IMG/VR virus record: IMGVR_UViG_2862281513_000001
Span: 1-64,000 of that record
Reading direction: 5' to 3' (one strand)
DNA length: 64,000 bases
Source of the DNA: a virus
Lineage: Duplodnaviria; Caudoviricetes
Shown here: positions 43,557 to 53,221 of the stretch, in pieces
Position numbering within the stretch: the stretch's first letter is position 1
Layout of the letters: each line of letters begins with the position of its first letter
Notes under the pieces: model-generated
Told to the model about the DNA's origin: nothing
Seen by the model: only the letters and a program-made list of their open reading frames with translations
The model's database searches: none
Translations under genes and position numbers: made by a program

Positions 43557-45313
43557 GCGGCCACTTCCAGCGAGGCGCAGGAGCCGATGACGGCGGGGAC
43601 GACCGCGTACGAGTGGCAGATCCCGGCTGCGATCAGCTCGCGGGCGTAGGAGTCGAGCGAGGCGGTCAGGCAGTCCGAGCTGAGCCCGTACCGCTTGGCG
43701 ATCTCCGGGACCCGGTTCCAGGCCCCTTCCAGCAGCCGGTACTGCTCGACCTGGCCGGGCTCGACCTTCAGCTCGGTGTGCAGGGCCGCCGCTTCGATCT
43801 CCCGTGCTCGGGCGCGTTCGCTGCGCGGGCAGATCGGGGTGCGGAGCAGCTTGTCGCCAGCCGAGGACAGGGCGGCCCAGATCAGGCCGTCGGCGGCTGC
43901 GACGAGGCCCTCGCCGAGGGGGCGGCCGGCGGAGGCGGGCAGGGTGTCGGGCTCTTCCTGGGTCTCGTCGACCGGCAGGTCCGGCTTCGCCGGCCCCTGG
44001 TCCTGGCCGTCGCCCGGCTGCTGGTCCTGGCCGTTGTCCTGCTGCTGCTTCTTGCGGGCGGCCTCTTCCTCGGCGGTGGGGGCGTCGGACTCCTCGAAGC
44101 CGGTCTCGCGGCGCAGCGCTGCGGAGCTGATGACGCCACGGTCGAACGCCTGCAGCGCGGTCTCCGACCGGTTGGTGCGCACCCGCAGGTTGGCGGTGTC
44201 GTACCAGACGAGCCACCTGTGCCAGTCCTCGACCTTCTCGGCCTGGAGCAGCGGGCGCATCCACTGCTGGGTGAGGGCGTGGCAGACGGTCTGGAGCTTG
44301 GGCTCGATGCCCATGCGGATCGCCTCGGAGGTGAGCATCCAGGCGCCCCAGTGGTTCGTGTCGCCCATGCCCAGCAGCAGTTCGGCGGGGATCTCCAATC
44401 CGGTGGCGAACCGCTTGATGGCCTCCTCGCGGAGCTTCAGCGCCAGGTCGTCGAAGTTGCTCTCGAACGTGAGCAGCTTGAAGTCGGAGATGGACTCGGG
44501 GGGGACCTCCAGCACGATCGGCACCGTGGCCGCTGCGCTCTCGGGCTCGCGGATCGCCGTCTCGGCGATCATCATCAGCAGCTCGATCAGGTCGTCCTCG
44601 GCGTCGCCCTGGCCGGGCCGGGTGGGGAAGCGGACGCCCTTGGGGACGAGGAGGATGCCGCGGCCGGTCAGCCGGGACCGGGCGATGGCCTTCACCGCGG
44701 CGTTCAGCAGGAGGAGTTCCTCCAGCAGGTCGATGCTGGCGCGCACGGGGCTGTCGGCTTCGACGAAGTGCTCGGGGTCCGGCTCCCACACGCGCAGGGC
44801 GACCGGCGAGTCCGGGTCGAGGGTCTCCTCGTCGCCGGCGGGGACCTCGATGTCCTCGCCGTCGATCTCGGCGATGAGCTTGCCGGACTTCTGGGAGACC
44901 TCGCGGGTGGACAGCACCCGCCAGTCGTGGCCGTCTTCGGGGACGTCGGGGCTGAGGACTTCGCTGTTGGGGCGTACGAGGACCCAGCCCTCGCCGGCCA
45001 CGGTGAGGTGCTTGCCGAAGGCGGACAGCAGCTTGGACTGCCCGTCGGGTCCACCGGCGATCTGGGCGACGATATCGGCGGCACGGTGGTTGTTCGGGGC
45101 GGGCTCGATCGTGCCGTCGTCGGCGCGACGTCCGGCGTACAGGGTGGCGGCCGCCATGCCGTTGGCTTCGTAGGTGGCGGCGAAGCGGACCTCGGGGACC
45201 TGGTGGTACAGCTGCCAGGCTCGGGTCTGCCATCCCTGGTCGGTGGTCGCCTTGAGCGTGCGGACCTTGCGGTCGACGTAGCGGGAGGCGGCGGCCGTGA
45301 GCTGTCGGGTCAC
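43553..45313 (-). CDS. Portal protein
   Basis: 586 aa after the terminase; AWQLY..VPEVRFA, LTVAGE, ADSP and LLG..NHW motifs. Confidence 0.8.
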   Translation of the reverse strand: MTRQLTAAASRYVDRKVRTLKATTDQGWQTRAWQLYHQVPEVRFAATYEANGMAAATLYAGRRADDGTIEPAPNNHRAADIVAQIAGGPDGQSKLLSAFGKHLTVAGEGWVLVRPNSEVLSPDVPEDGHDWRVLSTREVSQKSGKLIAEIDGEDIEVPAGDEETLDPDSPVALRVWEPDPEHFVEADSPVRASIDLLEELLLLNAAVKAIARSRLTGRGILLVPKGVRFPTRPGQGDAEDDLIELLMMIAETAIREPESAAATVPIVLEVPPESISDFKLLTFESNFDDLALKLREEAIKRFATGLEIPAELLLGMGDTNHWGAWMLTSEAIRMGIEPKLQTVCHALTQQWMRPLLQAEKVEDWHRWLVWYDTANLRVRTNRSETALQAFDRGVISSAALRRETGFEESDAPTAEEEAARKKQQQDNGQDQQPGDGQDQGPAKPDLPVDETQEEPDTLPASAGRPLGEGLVAAADGLIWAALSSAGDKLLRTPICPRSERARAREIEAAALHTELKVEPGQVEQYRLLEGAWNRVPEIAKRYGLSSDCLTASLDSYARELIAAGICHSYAVVPAVIGSCASLEVAA

Positions 45314-45651
45314 TTGCCCACCTCGCCGAGGGTGTCGTCGACGCGGTTGAGGAGGACGGCCGCGCCGGCGACCGCGAACCATTCGATGCCGTGGATCAGG
45401 AGCGGGGCGTCGTCGAAGCGGCCGGTGACGAGGAGGTAGGTGGCGAGGAGGGCGCCGGAGATCCACCAGCCCATGCAGTACGGGCAGGAGATCAGCGTGA
45501 CTGCGGCGCTGCGTACGGGGCTGTGGGTCTTTCGGCTGTGCCAGTCGAAGACGACCGCTCGGGCGGGATCGAGGATCGTGTCATGAACAGCCAGCTGGGT
45601 TGCTCGATAGCCAGCGGCGGCGAGGACGAGGAGTGCCGGGATGCTGATCAT
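45310..45651 (-). CDS. DUF1360-like membrane protein
   Basis: YRATQL..D.I and LISCPYCMGWW. Confidence 0.75.
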   Translation of the reverse strand: MISIPALLVLAAAGYRATQLAVHDTILDPARAVVFDWHSRKTHSPVRSAAVTLISCPYCMGWWISGALLATYLLVTGRFDDAPLLIHGIEWFAVAGAAVLLNRVDDTLGEVGK

Positions 45652-46038
45652 GTCCGCCCCTTGCTGAGGATCTTCCGGTTGCGGCGGGCACTATAGGTCA
45701 TTCCAGACACAAGGTGCTTTCGTAACTGATCGCGCTACGACCGGAATTGATCTCCTTGGGGCGTCAACGCACCATATGCCAGGTCTGCTACAGTCCGCGG
45801 CGCACGCCCTGAGCAAGCGTGCGCCGGGAGAACGGCACCGGCGGTCACGCCGCTACAGCGTCCGGACGGCGGGGGTGCGATCCCCTGGCCGCCGGTGCCA
45901 CCACTCCCGGGCTGCTTTCCCGGGCCCCCGTAACCCCGAGCACGGGGGCCCGGATGCAGGCCCGCAGATCCCCGCCGGTGGACGGCCGCCCTGACGCCCC
46001 GTCTACTGGCGGGCCCGCGACACAGGACGGTCGATGCC

Positions 46039-46230
46039 ATGGCCTGCAAGTCCCCTGACTGCGAGCGGTGCCGGCCGCACGGCATGGCCGAATGGGGCCT
46101 GGTGCTGGCCTGGCAGATGCGCGACGCAGACGACGAGGGAATCGGCGGCATGAAACGGGACTGCCCGCACGGCGGCCGCTCCCCGTTCAACTGGTGGTAC
46201 GAGGCCCGCCGCCGCCTGACGGGCCGGTAG
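46039..46230 (+). CDS. Small hypothetical protein
   Basis: AGGA RBS, Cys/Trp-rich 63 aa. Confidence 0.45.
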   Translation: MACKSPDCERCRPHGMAEWGLVLAWQMRDADDEGIGGMKRDCPHGGRSPFNWWYEARRRLTGR

Positions 46231-46234
46231 CCGG

Positions 46235-46495
46235 TCAGAACATGGCCAGCGTCCCCAGCGACCCCACCGGCTCCTCACCGGCCGGCTCGTCCTCAGCCTC
46301 TACGAACTCCAGCTGCGCGCCGGGCCCCGGCAGGTCCACGATCGCCAGCGAGCCCGCACACGACACGAGGGCGTCACCGAACAGCTCGGGCCGCTCCGTC
46401 GGGTCATGCCGCCACAGCCGGCCCTTGCTGGGCCGTCCAGCCACTATCCCGGCCGCGATGGACCGCTGGCAGAACTCGCACTCAACTCGGGGCAT
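46235..46495 (-). CDS. Small Zn-finger-like protein
   Basis: CEFC...RHD...CAGS. Confidence 0.65.
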   Translation of the reverse strand: MPRVECEFCQRSIAAGIVAGRPSKGRLWRHDPTERPELFGDALVSCAGSLAIVDLPGPGAQLEFVEAEDEPAGEEPVGSLGTLAMF

Positions 46496-46587
46496 CTTCA
46501 CGCAAACCAGTGTGCCGATGCCCGGTCTGCCACGTACAGCAGACCGGGCATCAGGTCACCAGGCGGGCGATGCTTCTGGATGCCCTG

Positions 46588-47364
46588 TCACCTCGTGTGG
46601 GCTTCCAGCGCCTTTGCCGCCTGGCACAGCGCATTGAGGTCACGGAGGAAGTACCGCATAGCGGTAGCACTCTCCTGGTCGCGATTCGCTTTCCAGGGGC
46701 TGCGGCCGTCTCTCAGCAGCTGCCCGACGGCCTGGTGGGCGGCGACGTCCGTGGCTTTGTCGATCCAGTCGTCGGCTACCGCGGCCCTCACGTTGTCCAG
46801 CCTCGTCCAACTCCTTTCCACCTCCGTCCGCCACCGCCCCATGTGGTCAGTTTCGTTACTTTGCCTACGAAACGATGACCACCTGGTGCGAGGTTGTCCC
46901 CCAGGAGCCGGGAGCAGTTCGTCGAAGGCGGCGAGCAGGGAGAGCTCGCGGTCTTCTCGGCTCTGGTCGTCGCCGCGGACCGCGCGGATAGCGATGGACT
47001 CGTTGAGCAGAGCGCGCACCTTGCCTGACACCTCGTCCAGGGTGAGGCCGTTGAAGACTTCCAGCAGGCTCGCCACGAAGAGGGAGGCCCGCGCACGCGC
47101 CTGCTCGGTCTCTCGGTGCTCTTCCTGCTTCCTCGTCAGGTAGTCCAGTCCTACGAGCGCGAAAGGGATACCGAAGCAGACACCGGTGAAGCCGGAGAAG
47201 ATATTCAGGAAGTAGTTGTGGCGCGACCACCAAGCGATTGAGTCGAGCCACAGGCCAAGGGCAAAGAGGGCGACTCCCGTTGGAATGCCAGCGCCGATGA
47301 CGATGCGCGTCGTCAGAGGTCGACGTCTCGACCTGGCGGGTGCCTGCGTGTTGGTTTGCGGCAC
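46588..47364 (-). CDS. Moron membrane protein (2 N-terminal TM + soluble domain)
   Basis: AGGGGAG RBS; lower GC; two hydrophobic helices. Confidence 0.7.
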   Translation of the reverse strand: MPQTNTQAPARSRRRPLTTRIVIGAGIPTGVALFALGLWLDSIAWWSRHNYFLNIFSGFTGVCFGIPFALVGLDYLTRKQEEHRETEQARARASLFVASLLEVFNGLTLDEVSGKVRALLNESIAIRAVRGDDQSREDRELSLLAAFDELLPAPGGQPRTRWSSFRRQSNETDHMGRWRTEVERSWTRLDNVRAAVADDWIDKATDVAAHQAVGQLLRDGRSPWKANRDQESATAMRYFLRDLNALCQAAKALEAHTR

Positions 47365-47502
47365 GATCTCCCCTAACTCGTCTGCAGTAGCGGGACGTTA
47401 GCGCACAGTCCCGCAGCTGGGCGCGCCTACGCCGTTCAGACCGCGTCTCGGGCCGCTGGAACCGACGCGCGCAGTGACGTCGCACCGGTTAAAGATGATC
47501 AA

Positions 47503-48489
47503 GTGACGCTGTCTCCTCCCATCGAGCCGATGCTGGCCGAAGCGCGGCGCGAGCTGCCGTCGGGCAGGGCGCTGCCCGGGCGCCTGGTCGCCGAGCAGAA
47601 GCCGGACGGCTACCGCGCCGTGCTCTTCGCCCACACCGGCAAGGTCATGCTCCACTCACGCAACGGCGCGGACCTGACGCCCGCGTTCCCGGAGATCGCC
47701 GCCGCGGCCTCCGCGCTCGAGGAGGACCTCGTCCTCGACGGCGAGCTCGTCGTGCCGCACGAGGGACGGCTGCACTTCGGCCAGCTCCAGAACCGGGCCC
47801 GCCGCCGTGGCCGGGGCGCGGTGGCGGCCGCCGCCGAGCACCCCGCCTACCTCATCGTCTTCGACGTCCTGGAGGCCGACGGGGTCGAGCTGCTGGACCG
47901 CCCGTACCGGGAGCGCCGCGCCCGGCTTGAGGACCTCTTCGCCCGCGAGGTGCTGGGCGGGCCGTTCACCCTGTGCCCGGCGACCACGGACCGAGCAACC
48001 ATGCTCGACTGGCTCGATCCGGCGTGGGGCGCGGCCGGGATCGAGGGCGTCGTCTGCAAGGGCAGCGAGCAAAAGTACCTGCCCGGCAAGCGGGCGTGGA
48101 TCAAGGTCCGGTCGCGCGTGACGGCCGAGGGAGTGATCGGCGGCGTCACCGGCACCCTCGCGTCACCGGCTTCACTGCTGCTCGCCCGGTACGACCACGC
48201 GGGCCGGCTGCGGCTGGTCGCCCGTTCCACTCCCCTGCCGACCGCTGTACGGCGAGACCTCGCCGGACGCCTCCACCCTGCCGGACCCGATCATCCTTGG
48301 CACGGGCGGCGCTTCTCGGCCGGCTGGGGCACTCGCGGCGAGCTTCAGTACCACCCCGTCGCCCCGGACCTCGTCGCCGAGTTCCTGGCCGACACGTCAG
48401 TGGACGAGGGGATCTACCGCCATCCAGTCCGGTTCCTGCGACTGCGCGACGATCTGAGCCCCGAAGACGTGACCACCACCAGCGGATAG
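47503..48489 (+). CDS. ATP-dependent DNA ligase (LigC/LigD ligase-domain-like)
   Basis: EPMLA, EQKPDGYRA (KxDG), LDGELV, FDVL, EGVVCK and WIKV. Confidence 0.92.
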   Translation: MTLSPPIEPMLAEARRELPSGRALPGRLVAEQKPDGYRAVLFAHTGKVMLHSRNGADLTPAFPEIAAAASALEEDLVLDGELVVPHEGRLHFGQLQNRARRRGRGAVAAAAEHPAYLIVFDVLEADGVELLDRPYRERRARLEDLFAREVLGGPFTLCPATTDRATMLDWLDPAWGAAGIEGVVCKGSEQKYLPGKRAWIKVRSRVTAEGVIGGVTGTLASPASLLLARYDHAGRLRLVARSTPLPTAVRRDLAGRLHPAGPDHPWHGRRFSAGWGTRGELQYHPVAPDLVAEFLADTSVDEGIYRHPVRFLRLRDDLSPEDVTTTSG

Positions 48490-48558
48490 GTCGACCACCC
48501 TTCTTGTACGCGTAGAGCAGGCCGACGCGCGCACCTGCATCTGCGGATGACAGGCGTC

Positions 48559-50148
48559 TCACTTGCCGATCCTCCGCCCGTACGAGGACGCCGGCCCTGT
48601 CGGCGACACACCCCGCCCGAGCCCGCCGCGCGGCGCCGTCGGCAGCGGGGCGTGGACGATCGCACCCTTGTTGGCCTCCGGGATCAGGCCGTACACCAGG
48701 ACACAGGAGGCGTCGATCCGGCCCGGCGAGTCGGCATCGGTGGGCTGCCACGTCGCCCACTCGTTCTCCAGGTCGGGGAACGCTCCGCGCAGCCGCACCC
48801 GGTCCTCGACCATCTGCTGCGCGATCGGCTCCGCCCTCAAGAGCTTGCCCTGCTTGGCGCTGACCGCGTCGATCATCGGCTTGAGCCGGTCCTTCGGGAT
48901 GGCGCCCTCCTCCTGGAGCGCCTTCCACGCCGTGTCGATGGCGAGCGTGCACATGTCGCGGCCGTAGTTCCACTCGACGTAGATCACGGCCGCGTTCGTC
49001 TCGTACGCCAGCAGGCACGCGGTACGGGACCACTCCGCCGACGACATGGCTTTCGTCCGGTCGTGCGTGATCCAGACCCGGTTGTCCGCGCCGAGGAAAC
49101 CGCCGATGACGCCCGCGGTGTCCCGGCCGCCACCCGACGGGTCGATCGAGACGGCGATCTTCTGCGGCTCCACCACGGTGACGCCGTCGCGGATCGTGCG
49201 CAGCAAGTCCCGGGAGACGAGCGCGCCCTCGGACGGCTGCGGATCGCCCTGCGACAGGGCGTGCCAGTCCCGCACGGTCGACGTCCGCTTGACGTCGTCC
49301 CACCAGGCGATCAGCTTGCGCCGGTTCTTCGTCGGGATCTTCGGGTGCGGCAGCGGGTCACCGTCACGCCGGCCGAGCGGGTCAGGGCCGAACTTGGTGG
49401 GGTTGGCGATGGCCGGGAGGTGGACGACCTTCCACCGGCCGCCCTCCTCCAAGCGCCCGTCCTCCTCCAGCCGACGCCCGGCGAAGTCGTCCGGATGCCA
49501 CCGGGTCTGGATGGCGACCACGGCGTTGCGGTCCGGCTGGAGCCGCTTGAGCGCAGCCGACGACCACCAGTCGTGAACCTTCTCGCGCATCTTCCGCGAC
49601 TCGGCCTCCGCACGGTCCTTGTGCGGGTCATCGACCACGAGCAGGTTGACCGAGAAGCCGGTGAGGCCTGCCCCCAGGCTGACGGAGCGGACGCCGCCGC
49701 CCTGGTTCGTGTCGTAGTCCTGCGCGGCCTCCGACCCGGGCAGCAGCGACAGCCCGTACTCGCCGCCGTACTCGCCGATGTACTGCCGGATCGTCTTGCC
49801 TCGCCGCAGCGCCAGGTCATCGGAGTACGAGGTGACCGCAACACGGTCCTCGCCGTGCAGGCACAGCCACCAGAACGGAAACCACTCAGCCGTCGTGGTC
49901 GACTTCCCCACCTGGGCCGGGGTGATGACCAGGAGCCGGTCGTAGTCACCGCGCTCCAGGCCCACCAGCGCATCGCTGATCACCTTCAGGTGCGGCCGCA
50001 TCCGGTAGCCCGGGTCCAGCCCGCGCGCGAGCGTCGCCGGGTCCCGCAGCAGATCCTTCGCAGCCGCGAGCTTGGCAGCCTGGAGCCGCCGGAACACCTC
50101 CGCGTCGTCGAGGTGGCCCAGCTCTCCGAAGGCAGGCGTGACGGTCAC
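48559..50148 (-). CDS. terL: Terminase large subunit
   Basis: PAQVGKS Walker A, LVVDD Walker B, IQTRWH coupling motif, SIDPS and SPGRIDA nuclease motifs. Confidence 0.92.
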   Translation of the reverse strand: MTVTPAFGELGHLDDAEVFRRLQAAKLAAAKDLLRDPATLARGLDPGYRMRPHLKVISDALVGLERGDYDRLLVITPAQVGKSTTTAEWFPFWWLCLHGEDRVAVTSYSDDLALRRGKTIRQYIGEYGGEYGLSLLPGSEAAQDYDTNQGGGVRSVSLGAGLTGFSVNLLVVDDPHKDRAEAESRKMREKVHDWWSSAALKRLQPDRNAVVAIQTRWHPDDFAGRRLEEDGRLEEGGRWKVVHLPAIANPTKFGPDPLGRRDGDPLPHPKIPTKNRRKLIAWWDDVKRTSTVRDWHALSQGDPQPSEGALVSRDLLRTIRDGVTVVEPQKIAVSIDPSGGGRDTAGVIGGFLGADNRVWITHDRTKAMSSAEWSRTACLLAYETNAAVIYVEWNYGRDMCTLAIDTAWKALQEEGAIPKDRLKPMIDAVSAKQGKLLRAEPIAQQMVEDRVRLRGAFPDLENEWATWQPTDADSPGRIDASCVLVYGLIPEANKGAIVHAPLPTAPRGGLGRGVSPTGPASSYGRRIGK

Positions 50149-50816
50149 TCGTCACCGTCGTGCTCGTCGCCGGCCGGGTCGGGCTCGTCCTCCTGGTCCT
50201 CGCCGTCGAGCGGGTAGCTCTCCTCGCCATCGTCCTCGTCGTCGCTGCCGTCGGTGGCCTGCGCGCGGCGGGCGACGGTCGCCGCCAGCTCGGCGAGGCG
50301 TACGCGCCGCTGCTCCGGGGGCAGGCCGGCGAACTCCTCGATCTGCACGCTGAGCGGGTCGCCTCCGGGGCCGGTGACCGCGATCGTGGCGGTCGGATCG
50401 CCGAGGAGGGTGCGGCGCCACTTCATCGTCGTGTCCACGAAGCGGGTGAACTCGGCAAGCGTCATGTCGGGGGCCAGCTGCTGCACGCGGGGCAGCGCCT
50501 GGCCGATCATGCCGGTCATGATCCGGAGCACGCGGACGTCTTCGCGGGCTGCTCGTCGGCGCTCCTCTTCCATCTCGGCGGCGTATTGGCGGGAGAGGTG
50601 GGCGTCCCAGGCGGCGACGCGTTCCTGCCAGCGGAAGCGGGTCGCGGTGACCTGGGCGCTGCGGTGGGTCCAGTTCAAGACCTCTGCAACGGCGCTCAGT
50701 GAGCGTGCAATGCCTTGGTCGCGGAATGTGAGGAACTGGCCATGCCTCTTAGCGGTTTCTCCGGACTGTCGCTCCCAGGGGTCCAGGGAGGGGTCGAGGG
50801 TGATGCGGTCGCTCAT
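50145..50816 (-). CDS. Terminase small subunit (putative)
   Basis: PWERQSGET..RSL..RWQERVAAWD HTH; GTGA overlap with terL. Confidence 0.75.
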   Translation of the reverse strand: MSDRITLDPSLDPWERQSGETAKRHGQFLTFRDQGIARSLSAVAEVLNWTHRSAQVTATRFRWQERVAAWDAHLSRQYAAEMEEERRRAAREDVRVLRIMTGMIGQALPRVQQLAPDMTLAEFTRFVDTTMKWRRTLLGDPTATIAVTGPGGDPLSVQIEEFAGLPPEQRRVRLAELAATVARRAQATDGSDDEDDGEESYPLDGEDQEDEPDPAGDEHDGDE

Positions 50817-50896
50817 GTTGGTCACGATCCCTGGGGGTGTGGAGGCCCGTAGAGGGGACGCGTGTGCCCCTCTACGGGTCTGGTGACGTGCGGGGC

Positions 50897-51742
50897 TTAG
50901 GTGGCGGCTGGCTCGTCCTGCTCGGCGGCCTGCTTGGCGTGTTCTTCGACTTCGCGGCGGGCGATGTCGGTGAGGAGCGCGATCATCGTGGTGAAGTTCC
51001 GGACGTCCTTGCACCGGCCGAAGGCGTACACCGCGGCGGCGAACCCCTCGAACACCTCGACGGGGGCGACGCCGACCAGGTCGGTGCCGTTGGCGATGGC
51101 GGTGACGGCGCCCTTGAAGTCCTCCATCTGGTGCGGGAGGAACATGAGCGTGGCGGCGCGCCAGTCGAACTCGCCGTGCGGGATCGCGAGCTTCGTGTCG
51201 TCCGGCTCCACGGTGGGGAGCTGGTCCTCGTCGAGGCCGGTGGCGATCAGGTCGTCCACGTTGTCGATCATCGCGACGAGCTGGGCGAGGACGTCCTTGT
51301 CGGGGTCGCCGTGCAGCTCGTTGTGCGCGATCTGCTTCGCGATGACCTCGGAGCGCCGCATCGTGCGGGTGTCGACGATGACGGGGATCCGGGCGAGGCC
51401 CGCGGCCCGTGCCGCCCGGGAGCGGTGGTGGCCCGAGATCACCTCGACGGGGCCGGCGCCGCCGGGCTGGTGGCAGTAGGGCAGCGATTCGAGCATGCCG
51501 CGCTTGCGGATGTTGCCGGTGAGCCGCTCGAAGTGCCGCGGCTGCATCACCTGCGCGTTGATGTCCTGCTCGCGGAGCGTGGTGACGTCGACCCACTTGA
51601 TGAACAGGTCCTCGCCGATCTGCATGACGTCCTGCGGCGGGTTCTCCGTCGACCACTCCACCTTGGCGCCGGCCTGCACCACCTCCCCCAGCTCGCCCGG
51701 CGTGAGCAGCTCCGGCTCGCCCTCCGGGGCCGGGGTGGTCAC
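50897..51742 (-). CDS. ParB/Srx-like N-terminal domain protein
   Basis: NAQVM, ISGHHRSRAA and QIAHNELHG; GTGA-coupled to the upstream gene. Confidence 0.85.
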   Translation of the reverse strand: MTTPAPEGEPELLTPGELGEVVQAGAKVEWSTENPPQDVMQIGEDLFIKWVDVTTLREQDINAQVMQPRHFERLTGNIRKRGMLESLPYCHQPGGAGPVEVISGHHRSRAARAAGLARIPVIVDTRTMRRSEVIAKQIAHNELHGDPDKDVLAQLVAMIDNVDDLIATGLDEDQLPTVEPDDTKLAIPHGEFDWRAATLMFLPHQMEDFKGAVTAIANGTDLVGVAPVEVFEGFAAAVYAFGRCKDVRNFTTMIALLTDIARREVEEHAKQAAEQDEPAAT

Positions 51743-53193
51743 TTCTTCGCCTTCTTGCGGCTTGCGCGCCATGCCTTCTCCTTCGCGAGGAACGTGGTGA
51801 GGGTGGTGGGGATGTCGTCCTGGACCCAGTCGGCGCGGTACGACAGCTTGTAGCCGTCCGGGTGCTTGGCCCGGGACTCGAGTTGCATCAGCCCGCGCAG
51901 GCCCTTGGCCTCGGGGTGCCGGGTGTACTCGACGGTGACGAGGCCGTTCGACGCGGCGAGGAGGATCTCCGAGGCGCCGGTGAACACGAGCTTCGCGGTG
52001 TCGCGGCGCAGCGCGAGCATCGTCGCGAGGCGGGTCAGGCGCAGGTCGTAGTGCGGGGCGCCGAACGCGAACCGCATCAGCAGGTGCGTCGTGTACTTCG
52101 TGGCGCCGGGGTACGGGCGGGTCATCGTCTCCGCGCCGTAGCCGATGACGCCGGCCACGAAGCCGTCGATGACGACGAGCATGTTGTACGAGCCGGGCGC
52201 GGCGGCGAGCCGGTGCATCCACAGGTCGCGGTAGTAATCAACCTCCGTCCCCTTTGCCGCAAGTACGCCAACGCGGGACTGGTCGGTGACCTGGTAGTCC
52301 GGGGGGATGATCGGTAGGGAGGTAGGGCCGGTCGACCGGGACATGCCCAGGGCGACCTTGGGGCCTCCCGTGAGCTTGAAAATCTCCTCGGGCCGGTTGC
52401 TGATGACGAAGGCGCGGGCGACGTCGCCGAGGGGGTGGGCGAACACCGGGGTCTCGTGCGCGGCGATCCCGGAGCGCTCCTCCTGGAGGAACATCAGCAG
52501 CGCCGGCTTGTCCCGCATATGGTCGGCGAGCCGCTGCATGTCGACGTCCGGGTCGAACACCGCGTACTTCGGTTCGGCCCACTCGATGCGGCCGCCGGTG
52601 TCGAAGAACTTCTCGAAGCCGGCCTTGTAGGTGGGCGGCGCCGCGATGATGATCGCGTGCGGGTCGTCCTCGGCGAGGGCGATGTGGTCCCACATGCACA
52701 TCGGGGTGAACTTGACGCCGGGGAGCCGGTCGCCGATCTGCTTCAAGGAGCCGGCGAGCCGGGCCTTGTGCTCGGCCTCGCGCTCGACCATGTCGGTGAC
52801 GAGGTTCGTCCAGTAGTCCACCTCGGGCTTGGCCTGCATGCGGGCCAGCCAGTGGACGTACAGGAGGTGCGCGGCCTGCTCGTGGGGCGGCGCGTCGGGG
52901 ATCTCGACGGGCTCGCCGTCGAGCGTCATGCCCAGGCCGGCCAGATCGCCGCCGGACACGTACGTGCCGACGATGCCGGTGTACAGGGTGACGTCCGAGG
53001 TCTCCATGCACGTCGGCGGGATACCGGCGTTGGCGGCGACGAGGGCCGCGGCGAACGAGCCCACGCCGACCTCGACGTACCGGGTGTACTGGTCGCGGGG
53101 CAGCTTGTTGAAGACCTGCCGGTAGAAGGCGCGGTCCGGGGCGGACGAGTTCCCGGCGAAGAGGACGCCGGGTGCTGCGAAACCTGCTGGCAT
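51739..53193 (-). CDS. Adenine methyltransferase-fold protein with a possible GNAT/Mom-like C-terminal domain
   Basis: RYVEVGVGSF (motif I-like), AAPPTY (motif IV-like), C-terminal VVIDGFVAGVIGY. Confidence 0.6.
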   Translation of the reverse strand: MPAGFAAPGVLFAGNSSAPDRAFYRQVFNKLPRDQYTRYVEVGVGSFAAALVAANAGIPPTCMETSDVTLYTGIVGTYVSGGDLAGLGMTLDGEPVEIPDAPPHEQAAHLLYVHWLARMQAKPEVDYWTNLVTDMVEREAEHKARLAGSLKQIGDRLPGVKFTPMCMWDHIALAEDDPHAIIIAAPPTYKAGFEKFFDTGGRIEWAEPKYAVFDPDVDMQRLADHMRDKPALLMFLQEERSGIAAHETPVFAHPLGDVARAFVISNRPEEIFKLTGGPKVALGMSRSTGPTSLPIIPPDYQVTDQSRVGVLAAKGTEVDYYRDLWMHRLAAAPGSYNMLVVIDGFVAGVIGYGAETMTRPYPGATKYTTHLLMRFAFGAPHYDLRLTRLATMLALRRDTAKLVFTGASEILLAASNGLVTVEYTRHPEAKGLRGLMQLESRAKHPDGYKLSYRADWVQDDIPTTLTTFLAKEKAWRASRKKAKK

Positions 53194-53221
53194 GGGAGTC
53201 CCAGGGGGTCAGCGGTCCGCT

